From positions 62,001 to 126,000 of the forward strand of contig CDRNVI010000004.1 of the NCBI GenBank assembly GCA_977017575.1: a DNA stretch of 64,000 nucleotides, in the 5' to 3' direction. A program made the position numbers and the translations under genes. The stretch's first letter is position 1. Each line of letters begins with the position of its first letter. Below the pieces are notes generated by a model that saw only the letters and a program-made list of their open reading frames with translations, did no database searches and had not been told where the DNA came from. Source of the DNA: Paramoeba atlantica. Taxonomy: Eukaryota > Protista > Discosea. This document shows, one piece after another, positions 50,558 through 61,575 of this stretch.

Positions 50558-53473
50558 TCATCTCAGACCATACATTTGCTGTATTTCAAAGCTCTTACTC
50601 GAGCATCTCGCTACCTCCTCACGCGCGAAACTACTCATCACAGGATGCTCGATCAAAAGGGATACATACCTTGCGATGCTTTGCCGCAAATCCGGAAACG
50701 CTTGAATAGAACTATGAAAAGAAAGTGCCACAAGAAGCATCGAACGAAGCACGCCCTTTTGGTCTTGTAGCGAGAGGTAGGGCAACAACGTCACCACCCC
50801 TCGCACCGCATCACCTTTTTCCCGATCATTCGGAAGTTGTACCAACACACGGTTGAGCAACAGCACCCGAAGTTGCCACATTCCCGAACCCTCGGGGCTA
50901 GCACGCACCCATTTCCCCAAATCTTCCTCCGGAACCGCGAGAAAGCTCTGCGCACAGGCCGGAATCCACGTCTCCAGCGCCGCATCCTTCTTTCCGCTAT
51001 GTTCCGTGAGAACCCGTAAAAGCGGCTCCACAACGGCCACCACAAACCCGCTCGGGAGTTTCCCCCGCAACCCGCGACAGCACTCCACCAGACACCCGAC
51101 TGCCTCCCCCATCGCGTACCCCCCGTCGCGGGTCATACACCCCCGTAGCAGCGCGACGTAGGAGGGCCGATTGCGTTCGATGTCGTCGTGGACAAAGTTT
51201 TTAACGAGAAACTCATTCGCGGTCTCGTTCGCACATAAGGCTGTAAGATAGCGAAACCCCTCGACCCAACCCTTCGGATCCTCTTGTTGTAACGCATAGC
51301 GAAGGACCTGGTCATGGAGGGTTTCATCCATCACAACGGCGTTGGGATTGTTATTTTGAATGTTATGATTCTTATTTTGATTCTTATTCATATATAAGAA
51401 TTCCCCCGGCCGGGTTCGCAAAACCACGGAGGCCACACGTAACGGATAGGTGAGGTAATCGGTGTCCACCGGTCGTTGTTCTTTTTTATTACTGTTTTCG
51501 TTTTTGTGGTTCTCTTGTGGATTCCTACTGTGGTGAAAAAAGATACAACGGTAGCAGGTCTGAAGCAGTGGCTCGAGTGGGTGGGAATCCGGGAGGGGAA
51601 GGCGCGATTGGAGCAACCGTGAAAGGGGTCCCATGGTGCGTAGCATTTCCGTGACCTGCAGCGACTCGGGGTTACGCGAAAATGCATGTTGCGCGGTCTC
51701 GATACGTTGGAAAAGAGCGTTGAGGATTTCGTGCGTCGCTTGTGTTTCGCCATAGGAGGGGTACAATTGTAAAATCGTCTCGAGGAGCGTGAAGGCGTGG
51801 AACAGACTGTTGGTGGAGTAGTGGAGTACCAGGGGGGGGAGTTGGGTTAAAATGGCGCTGCACAGGTTCGTGGAGGGGAGCAACGAGGGGTTGTGATGGG
51901 TCAGTTTTAGGATGGCGTGGGTCAGAGCAGCCAGGGCGGTGCGTTGTAATCGCTTGCTTTGTGAGGAGGCACATTGTAGGAGAACGGAAAACAAATGCGG
52001 CAGTTGTGGCTGGCCATCGGAGAGGAAGTAATCTATGGAACAAGAAAGAGCGGAACAGGCCGAACAACGAAGTAGAGGGGAGAGGTCTGCGACGGCGAGC
52101 TCACAGAGTCGATCGATCACACGGGGTAAGGAAGGGCGAAGAAATGCGTAGCAACCTTGTAGAGATGAACACAAGATGATAATACAGGTTTCTAAAGCCA
52201 ACCAATCCGACAAAGGGATAGAAAACAGCTTTTCAAGCGTCGTGGGAAACAGTGCGGAGTATGCTGCCGGAGGATTGGCGAACGTAAGTGCCTCGAGTGT
52301 GCGAAGACTTTGACGTCGAAGGGTGCTGCTTTCAACTTCGCCAATGGTGAACTTACTGTCATGAGCTTGGCTGTCTTCACGACCGCTGGCGTCGATCATA
52401 CTGTCTCGAATGTCCGCGCTATCGGCTTCCAAAAGTTCCTCTACCTCATCTTCAAGAAAGGGAATCCGAGATAACAGTGTCGGAACCAGTTCCTTGATGA
52501 TGTCGGGTGTCAAGGCGCGAAAAAAGGGGTCATGTAGTGCCTGCGACGGATCTTCTTCAAAATTCTGAATATGTTCTGCCACTTGAGTGATAAACCCACA
52601 CGCTTCAATATAAAATGGAAACTCGTCTTCCGCAGTATATTCCGCATGAGCTTTAGCGAATAGAGTCCATAGCGCAGCATGCTCAGGTGAGACAGAAATA
52701 ATGTCCCGAAAGGGTAAAATTCCAGTCATGAGCTTCAGAACTGAACGACGGGTCAGAAATGGTATGCGAGGATCCTGCAGAATAGGACTGAGCGCACTGG
52801 CGCACCCTACAGACACCTCTGAAACGCATCTTTGAAAAGGTGAATACTCATCCCGAAGCTCGGGCCAAAATAAGTCGTTTGCAGCTTCAAAAGCGGCTTC
52901 CAGAACTTCAAGCGCCTTGTAATCCAATAGATAGATCTGATCACGTAATTTAAAGAGTAAACTACGACACTGTATTCCGAGCTGTTCATGACAATCCTCC
53001 AAAAGATAGCGAATCACAGGATATACATGAAACGCTTCTGAGGCTACTTTCGCACAAATTACCTGAGGCAAGTCAATAGATGGTTGTAATGACCTCCAGT
53101 AATCCGTTCCGCATTTCTTCGTCAATGCAACAATAAGTTGAGCAACTGACTTTAACACGGGTAAAGGCGTGTCAGATTGTAATAAATGAAGTGCAGTTGT
53201 TCCAAGACAGGGTAAAACCTCGTTTGGTAGGTTTGTAGAACATGTGTTCACGAGGTTCTTTAAAATCAACCCAGATAGTTGACGGTAATTCGTCCAACTA
53301 GATTCTGCTGTTCGCTCACATTCGGATGGAAGGTCCCTCGTAGACAATACGTCCAGCAATGAGTGTAAGATCTCCGACTGATTCGCTAAGTCATTAGCAA
53401 GGAACTCAAATGGTTTCGAGTCACGAGAATTGGAAGCCCATTCTAGAAATTCAAAGGCACTATAGTTTCGCAT
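50558..53473 (-). CDS. TNPO1: Transportin-1 / karyopherin-beta2-like
   Basis: RQLSGLILKN, acidic loop then STLRRQSLRTLEAL, SPLLRCSACSALS, SKRLQRTALAAL (divergent HEAT motifs). Confidence 0.7.
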   Translation of the reverse strand: MRNYSAFEFLEWASNSRDSKPFEFLANDLANQSEILHSLLDVLSTRDLPSECERTAESSWTNYRQLSGLILKNLVNTCSTNLPNEVLPCLGTTALHLLQSDTPLPVLKSVAQLIVALTKKCGTDYWRSLQPSIDLPQVICAKVASEAFHVYPVIRYLLEDCHEQLGIQCRSLLFKLRDQIYLLDYKALEVLEAAFEAANDLFWPELRDEYSPFQRCVSEVSVGCASALSPILQDPRIPFLTRRSVLKLMTGILPFRDIISVSPEHAALWTLFAKAHAEYTAEDEFPFYIEACGFITQVAEHIQNFEEDPSQALHDPFFRALTPDIIKELVPTLLSRIPFLEDEVEELLEADSADIRDSMIDASGREDSQAHDSKFTIGEVESSTLRRQSLRTLEALTFANPPAAYSALFPTTLEKLFSIPLSDWLALETCIIILCSSLQGCYAFLRPSLPRVIDRLCELAVADLSPLLRCSACSALSCSIDYFLSDGQPQLPHLFSVLLQCASSQSKRLQRTALAALTHAILKLTHHNPSLLPSTNLCSAILTQLPPLVLHYSTNSLFHAFTLLETILQLYPSYGETQATHEILNALFQRIETAQHAFSRNPESLQVTEMLRTMGPLSRLLQSRLPLPDSHPLEPLLQTCYRCIFFHHSRNPQENHKNENSNKKEQRPVDTDYLTYPLRVASVVLRTRPGEFLYMNKNQNKNHNIQNNNPNAVVMDETLHDQVLRYALQQEDPKGWVEGFRYLTALCANETANEFLVKNFVHDDIERNRPSYVALLRGCMTRDGGYAMGEAVGCLVECCRGLRGKLPSGFVVAVVEPLLRVLTEHSGKKDAALETWIPACAQSFLAVPEEDLGKWVRASPEGSGMWQLRVLLLNRVLVQLPNDREKGDAVRGVVTLLPYLSLQDQKGVLRSMLLVALSFHSSIQAFPDLRQSIARYVSLLIEHPVMSSFAREEVARCSSKSFEIQQMYGLR
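50780..52140. other. Weaker island with C-to-G skew flip (#7, mid-gene)
   Basis: C-rich about 50790-51130, G-rich about 51580-52140. Confidence 0.6.
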
Positions 53474-53890
53474 TTAGTGGAAAGAGTTTTAACACCCCTT
53501 GAAACTATAGGAAATATTATCCAAATATCTTTTTATGACCTGTTTGGTGTCGTTCCTTTTTTAAAACAGAGCACATCTTGAAATTAATTAGCACATTGCA
53601 TGAAGAAAAGGCTTAAACTATGCAGCGAATAAAATTCTTTTATCATTCTTATAAAAAAGCGGGGTGTCCGCACTTGGGGGGTTCAAGTATACGAAACTTC
53701 CATGTTTCAAGAAGAAGAAAACAAGCAAAAGAGCACTGAAGCAAAAACTAGTCGAAATAATGAAGTTCGTAAAATCTCAAAAACATTGAAGTTCTTCTGA
53801 AACATTGTTGCCAAAAAAGATTCAATAAAAAGAAGAATTTTTAGAAGATTGCCCTCAAAATGTGAGACGTGTAACATTTGTTCATGTCGT

Positions 53891-56800
53891 TCACTTATGT
53901 TGCGGGGTCCCAGGCGCTGTGTGGTACTGCACATACCTCTCATAATAATCACCCCGTCGCGCCATGAGCTGCTCATGTGTCCCCTGCTCGATAATAACCC
54001 CCTGCTCCAGCACGATCAGCCAGTCAGCACTGCGCACTGTCGTGAGACGATGGGCAATAGTGACCACCGTGAGCCCTAATTCTGCTCTTGCGGCCTCTAA
54101 CGCTTGCTGGACTTTTGCCTCGCTTGAGCTGTCCAGCGCGCTAGTGGCCTCATCTAACACAAGAATACTGGGGTGACGTATTAACGCACGAGCCACAGCA
54201 ACTCGCTGTTTCTGTCCCCCTGAGAGTTTTGAGCCGCGTGTGCCGACTAAGGTGTTATATTGCTCCGGCATGGCCATGATTTCCTCATGTAATTGTGCAA
54301 TTCGCGCTGCTTTTTGTATTTCTTCCAAAGAGACGTGACTCAGATCGGTGTTCTCACGGGCACCATAGGCAATATTGTCTCGGATCGACCCCTCGAAAAG
54401 AGCAGGTTCCTGATTTACCATGGCAATGTGTTCCCTCCACCAAGTTCGGTTGAGCTCACGCAAATTACAGTCCTTGAGTTGAATACGTCCGGAAAAGTCC
54501 GGCAGGTTGTCGCTTTTCGAGGCTGATTCCGTTATTGCTTGCTGCGCCCCTTTGCCTCGCGCCAGACAAGGCTCATAGAAACGCATTAACAGCTGAACAA
54601 TCGTGGATTTACCGCATCCCGTGGCACCGATAATACCTAAATGCTTTCCGCGAGGAATAGAAAAGGATATGCCGCGTAGCACAGTGGTTTCTGGACGTGC
54701 AGGGTAGGCAAAGTGAACATTACAAAATTCAATCTTACTCTCCTCGCTATCCAATAGTTTATCAGTGCCCTCCTTTTCCTTCGCTGATTCTCCTGAAATC
54801 TCAGACAAACCTTGATTCCTGTCAATCAACCCAAACACTTTTCGAGCCGATCCCTCTGCATCCTTGTGCTTGGTCGCCAATGCAGAGTTCTCCCCCATAC
54901 CCATGGCACCCATCACAATCGCCATGGAACAAATCATCACGGCCCGGAAATCCTTCTCCCCGGCCGAGATCAGCTTTCCGCCATACCAGAACGACATTGC
55001 GAACGCAGCAAACATCACAAACTGACCAAACGCAAACATTCCCCCCGCGAACAGCGCGCTGCGTTTTCCAATGCGCTCGCGTTCTGCCACACATTTTGCG
55101 TATTTGTCATGCGCCCAGCCATACATATTAAACGCTTGTACGGTGCGAATATTGGCTGTGGACTCATGCGCAATCGTGCCTGCCTTCTCCAACGCGTCCT
55201 GGTCCCCCGAATCGTATGAACTCCCGACCATAGCCATATTAGCGAGTCCGGCCACCACAACGGCAGGGACCATGGCCATACAAACGAGTGCAAGTTTCCA
55301 CGAGTAGTAAAATGCAATCCCAAGACTACACGCGAGCGTAGAGGCCATACTTATCCGTAACCCGATTGCGGGACCAAATAACGAGTGAATGGACTCCGTA
55401 TCCCCGGCCAGAATCGCTCCCAGAGCCCCGGGCTCATGCCCAGGGGTGTCAAAGAATGAAACCTCCGCGTGGAGAAGAGCTCGTAATAACGAAATACGAA
55501 GTCGCTCGGTGAGCTTCTCCCCGGCATAGCCGAAGAAGCCAAATTGGAAGGAATGGGCGAAGAGACTGCCACCTGCAATGGTTAAAAAGAGCATCGCCCA
55601 GAACGGACCCTCACGCTCGAGCTCTGCGCCTTGCTTTTGGGAGAGCACCGTCATCATTTGGCTAAAGATCACGGCGTAGAAGGGGTAGACGGCCCCGCCG
55701 ACAAGGGCGCCGAGACTTCCAAGTGAAAGGGCCCACCACTCGGGACGGCACAGACGCGCGATGCGAAGATAAGGAATAGAAAATTTCGGTTGCGGAGGAG
55801 CCATTGATTTAGCAGACGACTCCTCGCAGGTTTCCTCCAGAAGATCCTTTTCTTCTCCTTCTTCTTTCTTTTGTTCTGCGACTATTTCCTTCGCTGTTTC
55901 AATGATTTTTTGAACCGGTTGAGTTTGTGCTGTTGTTTGCTCCATACGATCCCGTCTTGCATCCGATTTCGTTTGTGCATGAACCATTGCCGCGAACACA
56001 CCGCCTTTCTCCAGCAACTCCACGTAGGTTCCATGCTCGACAATTTCCGTAGAGCTTATTGTCTTGAGTTCCTCCGTGTCTTCCATCCCCTCTTTATCCT
56101 TCTCTACCCCCGCGGCTGGCATACTCACCCGATCAAACACATAAATATGATCGCAATCCTTAATCGTAGCCAGTCGATGGGCAACCACCACACGGGTACA
56201 TTGGGTACTCGCCATTAGCGTGTCAATCGCTTTTTGCACAATAACCTCACTGCGACGATCTAACGCGCTGGTCGCCTCATCGAGCAGCAGCACTTTCGGT
56301 TTTGTTAACAGCGCTCGAGCAATCGCGATGCGCTGCTTCTGTCCCCCAGAGAGCTGGGAGCCTAGTGAGCCTACCAAAGTGTTATACTGTGATGGGAGTT
56401 TCATAATGGTGTCATGGATGTACGCCTGCTTGCACACATCCATAAGTTGCTCATTCGTGACATCGGGACGACCTGCGAGGATGTTTTCTCGGATGGTCCC
56501 GGAAAATAAGGAAGGCTCCTGGGAGACCACCCCGACATGACCGCGCCACGCACGCAAAGGGAGTTCGGGTAGCGCGATGTCATCAATCAAAATTTCCCCG
56601 CCCTGGGGGTCATAGAAACGTTGGACTAAACTCACGATGGAGGATTTGCCGGTGCCTGAGGGTCCAACCAGTGCAATGGAAGATCCCGCCGGGATGTCAA
56701 GGTTGAGGCTTGCAAAAATGGTTTGTGTAGGTCGGGAGGGGTAGGCAAACTGCACATCTTTAAAACGGATTCGTCCCTGGAGCTCGGGAAGGACCTTTCT

Positions 56801-58236
56801 GACGTTTTCCTCTTTGGAGTGCGGATCCTCCTCCACACGAATCGCCGGCTTGCGTGCCAGAGTCTCGAAAATACGGAACGCGGCGCCACGGGCTGTGGCA
56901 ATATCTGTCATCGGAGGTGCCATCATGCCAATCGCAAACGAACCAATGACAACAGAAAAGAAGCACGCGACGATCTCCCCCAGAGTGTAGCGTTGATCGC
57001 GAATCAGTCGGGTGCAGTACCAAAACGCCAGCGCGTAGGAGCTGAAGATAATAAAGTACACCATCCCGGAGGTGAGACCCGTGAAAATGTTCTTCCGTAT
57101 CCCATGCTTTCGCGCCTTCCGCAAATGGGCTCGAAATCGCGCCATCTCCCACGGAACCGCATTAAACGCGTGCACGGTACGAATATTCTCCATCGCCTGC
57201 GTCGCCACCGTCCCCGCCTGCGCAAACGCCTCCTGGGACTGTTTCGACATCCGCGAGATCACCTTCCCCAGCGCCGCACCGGATCCCGCAAGCAGCGGCA
57301 TCATCGACAACACAATCAACGCCAGCGGCCAGCATTTTACAAACCCAAACGCCAGCGCGAACCCACACGTCGCCCCGTGGTGAATCACATGCCCCACCTT
57401 CTCCCCCATCCCGGCCTGCATCAGCCTCGTGTCCCCCGCGAGCCGGGACCCGATCTCCCCCGGGGTGACCGCATCAAAGAAGGCCATGTCCTGTCGCAGG
57501 GCGACCTGGAGGTAGCGCTGCCGGACCCGGCGGATCTGTCGCTCCGCGGCGAGCATGAACAGCCCCACCTCCATGAAGGAGAGCACGAAGGTGGTGGCGC
57601 CGACGGCCGCGAGGAGCCCGGACCACGCGGAGACGCGGGGCCCGACCTCTGCGAGCGAGTGGGTCCCCGCGAGCTCGTCGAGGAGGTGGCCGAAGATCTC
57701 GGAGAAGGCGGGGATGGCGGCCCCGTTGGCCAGGGCGGCGGTGGAGGCGAGCGCGAGCAGCGCGGTGTCGGTGGGGTCGCGGTGGCGGAAGAGGGAGAGG
57801 AAGGGGACGAGGGGGGGTGGGGGTCGGGGGGGGGGTCGGGGGGGGGGGTCGGGGTGGGGGTCGGGGGGGGTTACGGTTTTGTGGGGGTTGCTGGGGTTGC
57901 TGGGGTTGTGGGGGTTGTGGGGTTGTGGGGGTTGTGGGGGTTGTGGGGTTGTGGGGGTTGTGGGGGTTGTGGGGGTTGTGGGGGTTGTGGGGGTTGTGGG
58001 GGTTGTGGGGTTGTGGGGGTTGTGGGGTTGTGGGGGTTATTGGGGTTGTGGGGGTTGCTGTTTTGTGGGGTTGTGTTCTCCTGGGATGGGGGATTCGTTT
58101 TGTGGTTCTTTTCCTTTTTGTTGTTGATGGGCGGGTTGTGGTTGCTGTTGTTGTTGTTTGGATTGGTTTCTTGGTATGGGGTATGGGATGGGGATGATTT
58201 TTTTGTTGTGTCGGTAGGGTAGATTGGAGTGCTCAT
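53891..58236 (-). CDS. ABCB (P-glycoprotein/MDR1-like) full transporter; 5' repeat region frameshifted
   Basis: Two TMD+NBD modules (GPSGTGKS, LSGGQKQR, LLLDEATSALD twice). The frame stays open upstream of 57586 (VPFLSLFRH..NGAAIPAFSEIFG) to about 57870. Probable start MSTPIY at 58236, joined through homopolymer/repeat indels. Confidence 0.9.
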
Positions 58237-58260
58237 GAAAGGGGGAAGAGAAGGATGTAG
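57050..58260. other. GC-rich island with C-to-G skew flip (#8)
   Basis: C-rich to about 57480, GC core, then G-rich from about 57700. Confidence 0.9.
57811..58070 (+). repeat. G-rich tandem repeats: (G)nTC then about 20 copies of GGGG(G)TTGT
   Basis: Read directly. Mixed 9-nt and 8-nt units change the apparent frame (HNP/TTP/PQP). Confidence 0.9.
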
Positions 58261-58391
58261 GGTAAAAAAAGGTAAGTTAAGCGAAAAAAGGTGGTTCGTT
58301 TTTGAATTCGTCGGGCATTGGTTTTGTCATAAGGAAGGAAATACTGTTTGTTGCTGATAAAGGATTAAAAATAAATATTTATTGATCTTAT

Positions 58392-59093
58392 TCAAAAATA
58401 ACCCTGGCTGCGTGACAAATGGGGATGTCGTAGGGGTCCCGGGGTAAAATCTTGATTCTCTGTGGTGCGACGGCCGTGTGAGGTGTAACGTCTGGATGAG
58501 AGATCTTCTGGTGAACCAACACGTTCGGCTGCACCTGCCACTGGTGAAAACGCAGTCACCCCATCCACGAGTGCCTGCACTTCGTTGCAGTTGCCCTCTA
58601 AAAACGTAACAAGATGTCTCACCCGTTGTAGAAGCTCTTGTTGTTCAGGCGTAGTGCTGTCTTTGGCGTGTTTGTCAGTTCCTTCGTGTGAAGCAGGGGA
58701 CAATTGTAAAGGCCGCGTCAAATGATGGTGTGCAACCTGTTTTAATGTTGATTCGAGTAATTCTACCCCCTGCTCCAGTTGATTAACAAAAACAGTGCCC
58801 GTAGTATCTTGTTCTGTAAGCAAAGTTCCGTCGTACCTGAACAAAAGATTTACTACTTGTTCGTAAGCGTGCTGAAGGCGTGAAAATAAATCATTGGTGT
58901 TTGGGGTAGAATCCTGAGCGTCCTTTTCCAAAGTCCAAGACGAAGCAATGTGGGATCGAAGTGCTTCACTTGTCGTCGTCGTAGATTGTGATGGCACTAT
59001 CTGTGTGGAATTTTTAATCTCAGAGTCCCCATTTTTAGGTGACGTACAGAGCTGTATTCCCGGCTTCAAGGTAGTATTCCCGGCTTCAAGCAT
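58392..59093 (-). CDS. Hypothetical protein
   Basis: 233-aa ORF on the coding strand; no motif recognised. Confidence 0.6.
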   Translation of the reverse strand: MLEAGNTTLKPGIQLCTSPKNGDSEIKNSTQIVPSQSTTTTSEALRSHIASSWTLEKDAQDSTPNTNDLFSRLQHAYEQVVNLLFRYDGTLLTEQDTTGTVFVNQLEQGVELLESTLKQVAHHHLTRPLQLSPASHEGTDKHAKDSTTPEQQELLQRVRHLVTFLEGNCNEVQALVDGVTAFSPVAGAAERVGSPEDLSSRRYTSHGRRTTENQDFTPGPLRHPHLSRSQGYF

Positions 59094-59390
59094 AAAATTT
59101 CTCTATGCGAAATAAAATAGAAACCTAAGTGCAGTAAAATGTACGGTTCTACATTGTTTTCATTGTTTTTAAAAATCAATGCAACTACATACCATGCAGC
59201 TTAAATGCTCATTTGTAAATCATTTTTAGATAATTTTTACATTTTATTAAATGTCACATGATTCTTACGCTTCAGATCACGCGACAAAAATCATTTTTTC
59301 GACAGGAAAAACACGCCTCCTTTTCTTACTTTCCTCGGTGAGTCCTTTCCGTTTCTTCAACGTTCTGTGTGTTTTAGTCCCTTACCTTTT

Positions 59391-59660
59391 TTACCTTAAC
59401 CTCCGTGCCTCTCGGTCAGTTTCCATGAGTGCCAACACGTCGTCTTTTCGACATGGCCCTTTCACGTTTCGAATAATCGTGCGTCCGCTCTCCTGTAACG
59501 ATCCATCCTCGGCAAGGAGTCTGACGCGTACTTGGGTGACACCCCCGCGACTTCCCGTACGGCCCAGAACCTCAATAACCTGCGCCAGTCGCGCGTGGTC
59601 TCCTTGCTGGAGCACAACGTCCTCTTTCTTGTTGGAGAGGTCCTTCTCTTTACGAGACAT
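59391..59660 (-). CDS. RPS28: 40S ribosomal protein S28
   Basis: [46 protein letters not shown], with an N-terminal extension and loop insertion like kinetoplastid S28. Confidence 0.95.
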   Translation of the reverse strand: MSRKEKDLSNKKEDVVLQQGDHARLAQVIEVLGRTGSRGGVTQVRVRLLAEDGSLQESGRTIIRNVKGPCRKDDVLALMETDREARRLR

Positions 59661-60239
59661 AGGGGTAGGAAAGCGGTATTTAGGAGAGTCGTAAAATAAT
59701 GTATAAGAATAATGTATAGAATAAAGGTTGAGAAACAAGTTGAAAGGACGGGAGTTATGGTGGAAATTTAATGAAATAGGGAAACACGAATCGCGTATAC
59801 AAAGTATCTTTAATCTCTTATCCGGTAATATTAAAGAAGTGGAATTCTATTGAAAAAAGAGCAAGTGGTCGAAAATGCCAGGAATAAATATTTTCCTATA
59901 CTGTATGTAAAGATAAATTCGACACTCTGAAAAGTCAACTGCATTCTATTGGCAAAACTAATCACGAATAGCTTACCAGCTTCTATGATTATAGACAACA
60001 ATTTACAAAATTTCAAAACAAAGTAAAGAGAAACAATAGCGTGAGACAGATGAAAAACTGGCATACTTTAATTGTGGATCCATCAACAGCAATACATGTT
60101 ACTTTAATGATTTAAAGTGAGTAAAGCAAAACAAAAAAAAGCAAGAATCAAATAACAGCAAGTAAAGTGAGTGAAGGTGATCGAAGAAAAAACACAAATG
60201 AAGAGTAAATTTTGCAAGAAAATAAACTTAGCCAAAAAA

Positions 60240-61460
60240 CACCCCCCTACACCTCCTTCCCTCCTCCCCACCCCGGGGCATTCCCATTGACGTTCTGCAG
60301 CCAAATCCGAGACCCAAATACACGAAACAGTTCCCGAATCAGAGATCGGAAATCCAACCCGTGCTCTGCATAGAAATAGAATGTAACCTTTTTTCGGTCA
60401 TACTGGTAGGCGCATCCCAACACCAGCAACGGTAAGCGATAGGTTAACGCATATTCCGCACAGATCCGAGCTGCATGGTATTCCAAAATACAGACCTCAT
60501 TCTGAAATTGTTTGCACTCCTCCAATGTCGCTAAACGTAAAATTCGACCCGATTCGATTTTAATATTTCTAGAATCGGGAAATTTTTCTTGTTTCATCGT
60601 TTTCGACATTAACGGATGCACCGGAATAGGAACATTACAACTTTGGTTCTCCCATTTCCCCTCCTCCATTCTCCCCATTCTATTTTCACTCTTTTCTTCA
60701 TTCTTATTCATATTCTTTTCCTCTTTATGCTCATTCTTCTCATTATTATTCTTATTATTATTGCTTTTCTTATCCCCTAAATGCGTAACTCTCCCTAAAT
60801 CCACCCCCCGGTCGGCATCCACCAACACGTAGGCCCCGCAGGGCAGAGGGGAGGGACTGGGATAGTACCGCGTGCTTCCGTATTTGAACCCCACAGCAAT
60901 GGTGTGGTAAGACAAAAGAGAACGCAGGGGATGGGGTAAATAAGGGGATGAAGAAAAGGAAGAGGAAGAGGAAGAAGAATAAAAAGAAGAGGGGGGATAG
61001 GGGGAAAAAGAGGAAGAAGAAAGAGGGGGAAGATTAGAAAGGGTAGAAAGGGGGGAAGGGTGTTTGGAGAGGACCGGCTTTGGGGGAAGCATTCGGGTAG
61101 GGTGGGATGCGACATGATTGAGATTCGTGGAATCGGACAAAGGGAGTCGAGAGGATGAGGTTTTGGGGATAAAGGAGGAAGAAGGGGAAGAATGGGGGTG
61201 GGGGGATAGGTGGAGGTGTTGGAAAGGGTGGGTAAGGGTGTTTTCCGTATCCTCGTCGTTTTTGTTGCACATTGGGTGGTTGGGGTGATCGGAGGTGTGA
61301 TCGGACAAGTCGTCAAATTCTTCCTCACCGATGGCATGTGGAGGTGAGAGGGGAAGCTTTGGAAGGGCGTCGAGATTGATGAGAGACTCCAGTGGGTTTT
61401 CTGTATGAAATACGGTGGTAGGGGTGAAGTGCCGCATGTGTGTATGTGGTGAGGTAAGAA
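60240..61460. other. Skew-flip island, pyrimidine-to-purine variant (#9)
   Basis: C/T-rich to about 60850, G/A-rich from about 60920. Confidence 0.8.
60247..61437 (-). CDS. PSP1 C-terminal domain protein
   Basis: VLVDADRGVDLGRV, ILRLAT, YQYDRKKVTFYFYAE..DFRSLIRELFRVFGSRIWL. Start MRHF assumed. Confidence 0.85.
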   Translation of the reverse strand: MRHFTPTTVFHTENPLESLINLDALPKLPLSPPHAIGEEEFDDLSDHTSDHPNHPMCNKNDEDTENTLTHPFQHLHLSPHPHSSPSSSFIPKTSSSRLPLSDSTNLNHVASHPTRMLPPKPVLSKHPSPLSTLSNLPPLSSSSFSPYPPSSFYSSSSSSSFSSSPYLPHPLRSLLSYHTIAVGFKYGSTRYYPSPSPLPCGAYVLVDADRGVDLGRVTHLGDKKSNNNKNNNEKNEHKEEKNMNKNEEKSENRMGRMEEGKWENQSCNVPIPVHPLMSKTMKQEKFPDSRNIKIESGRILRLATLEECKQFQNEVCILEYHAARICAEYALTYRLPLLVLGCAYQYDRKKVTFYFYAEHGLDFRSLIRELFRVFGSRIWLQNVNGNAPGWGGGKEV

Positions 61461-61575
61461 TGAATGAAAAGATGACCAAATCAAAGAATAAAAAGGGTTT
61501 ATTTCACAAAGCATCGTTGACTGAAATGAGGCTAAAAGTATAAAGTTCTACACAAGGTTGGCATTATGAAAGGAG

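Noticed and set aside
57881-58070. True telomere or interstitial telomeric tract
   Set aside because: The unit is GGGG(G)TTGT, not TTAGGG, and the array is internal and flanked by coding sequence.
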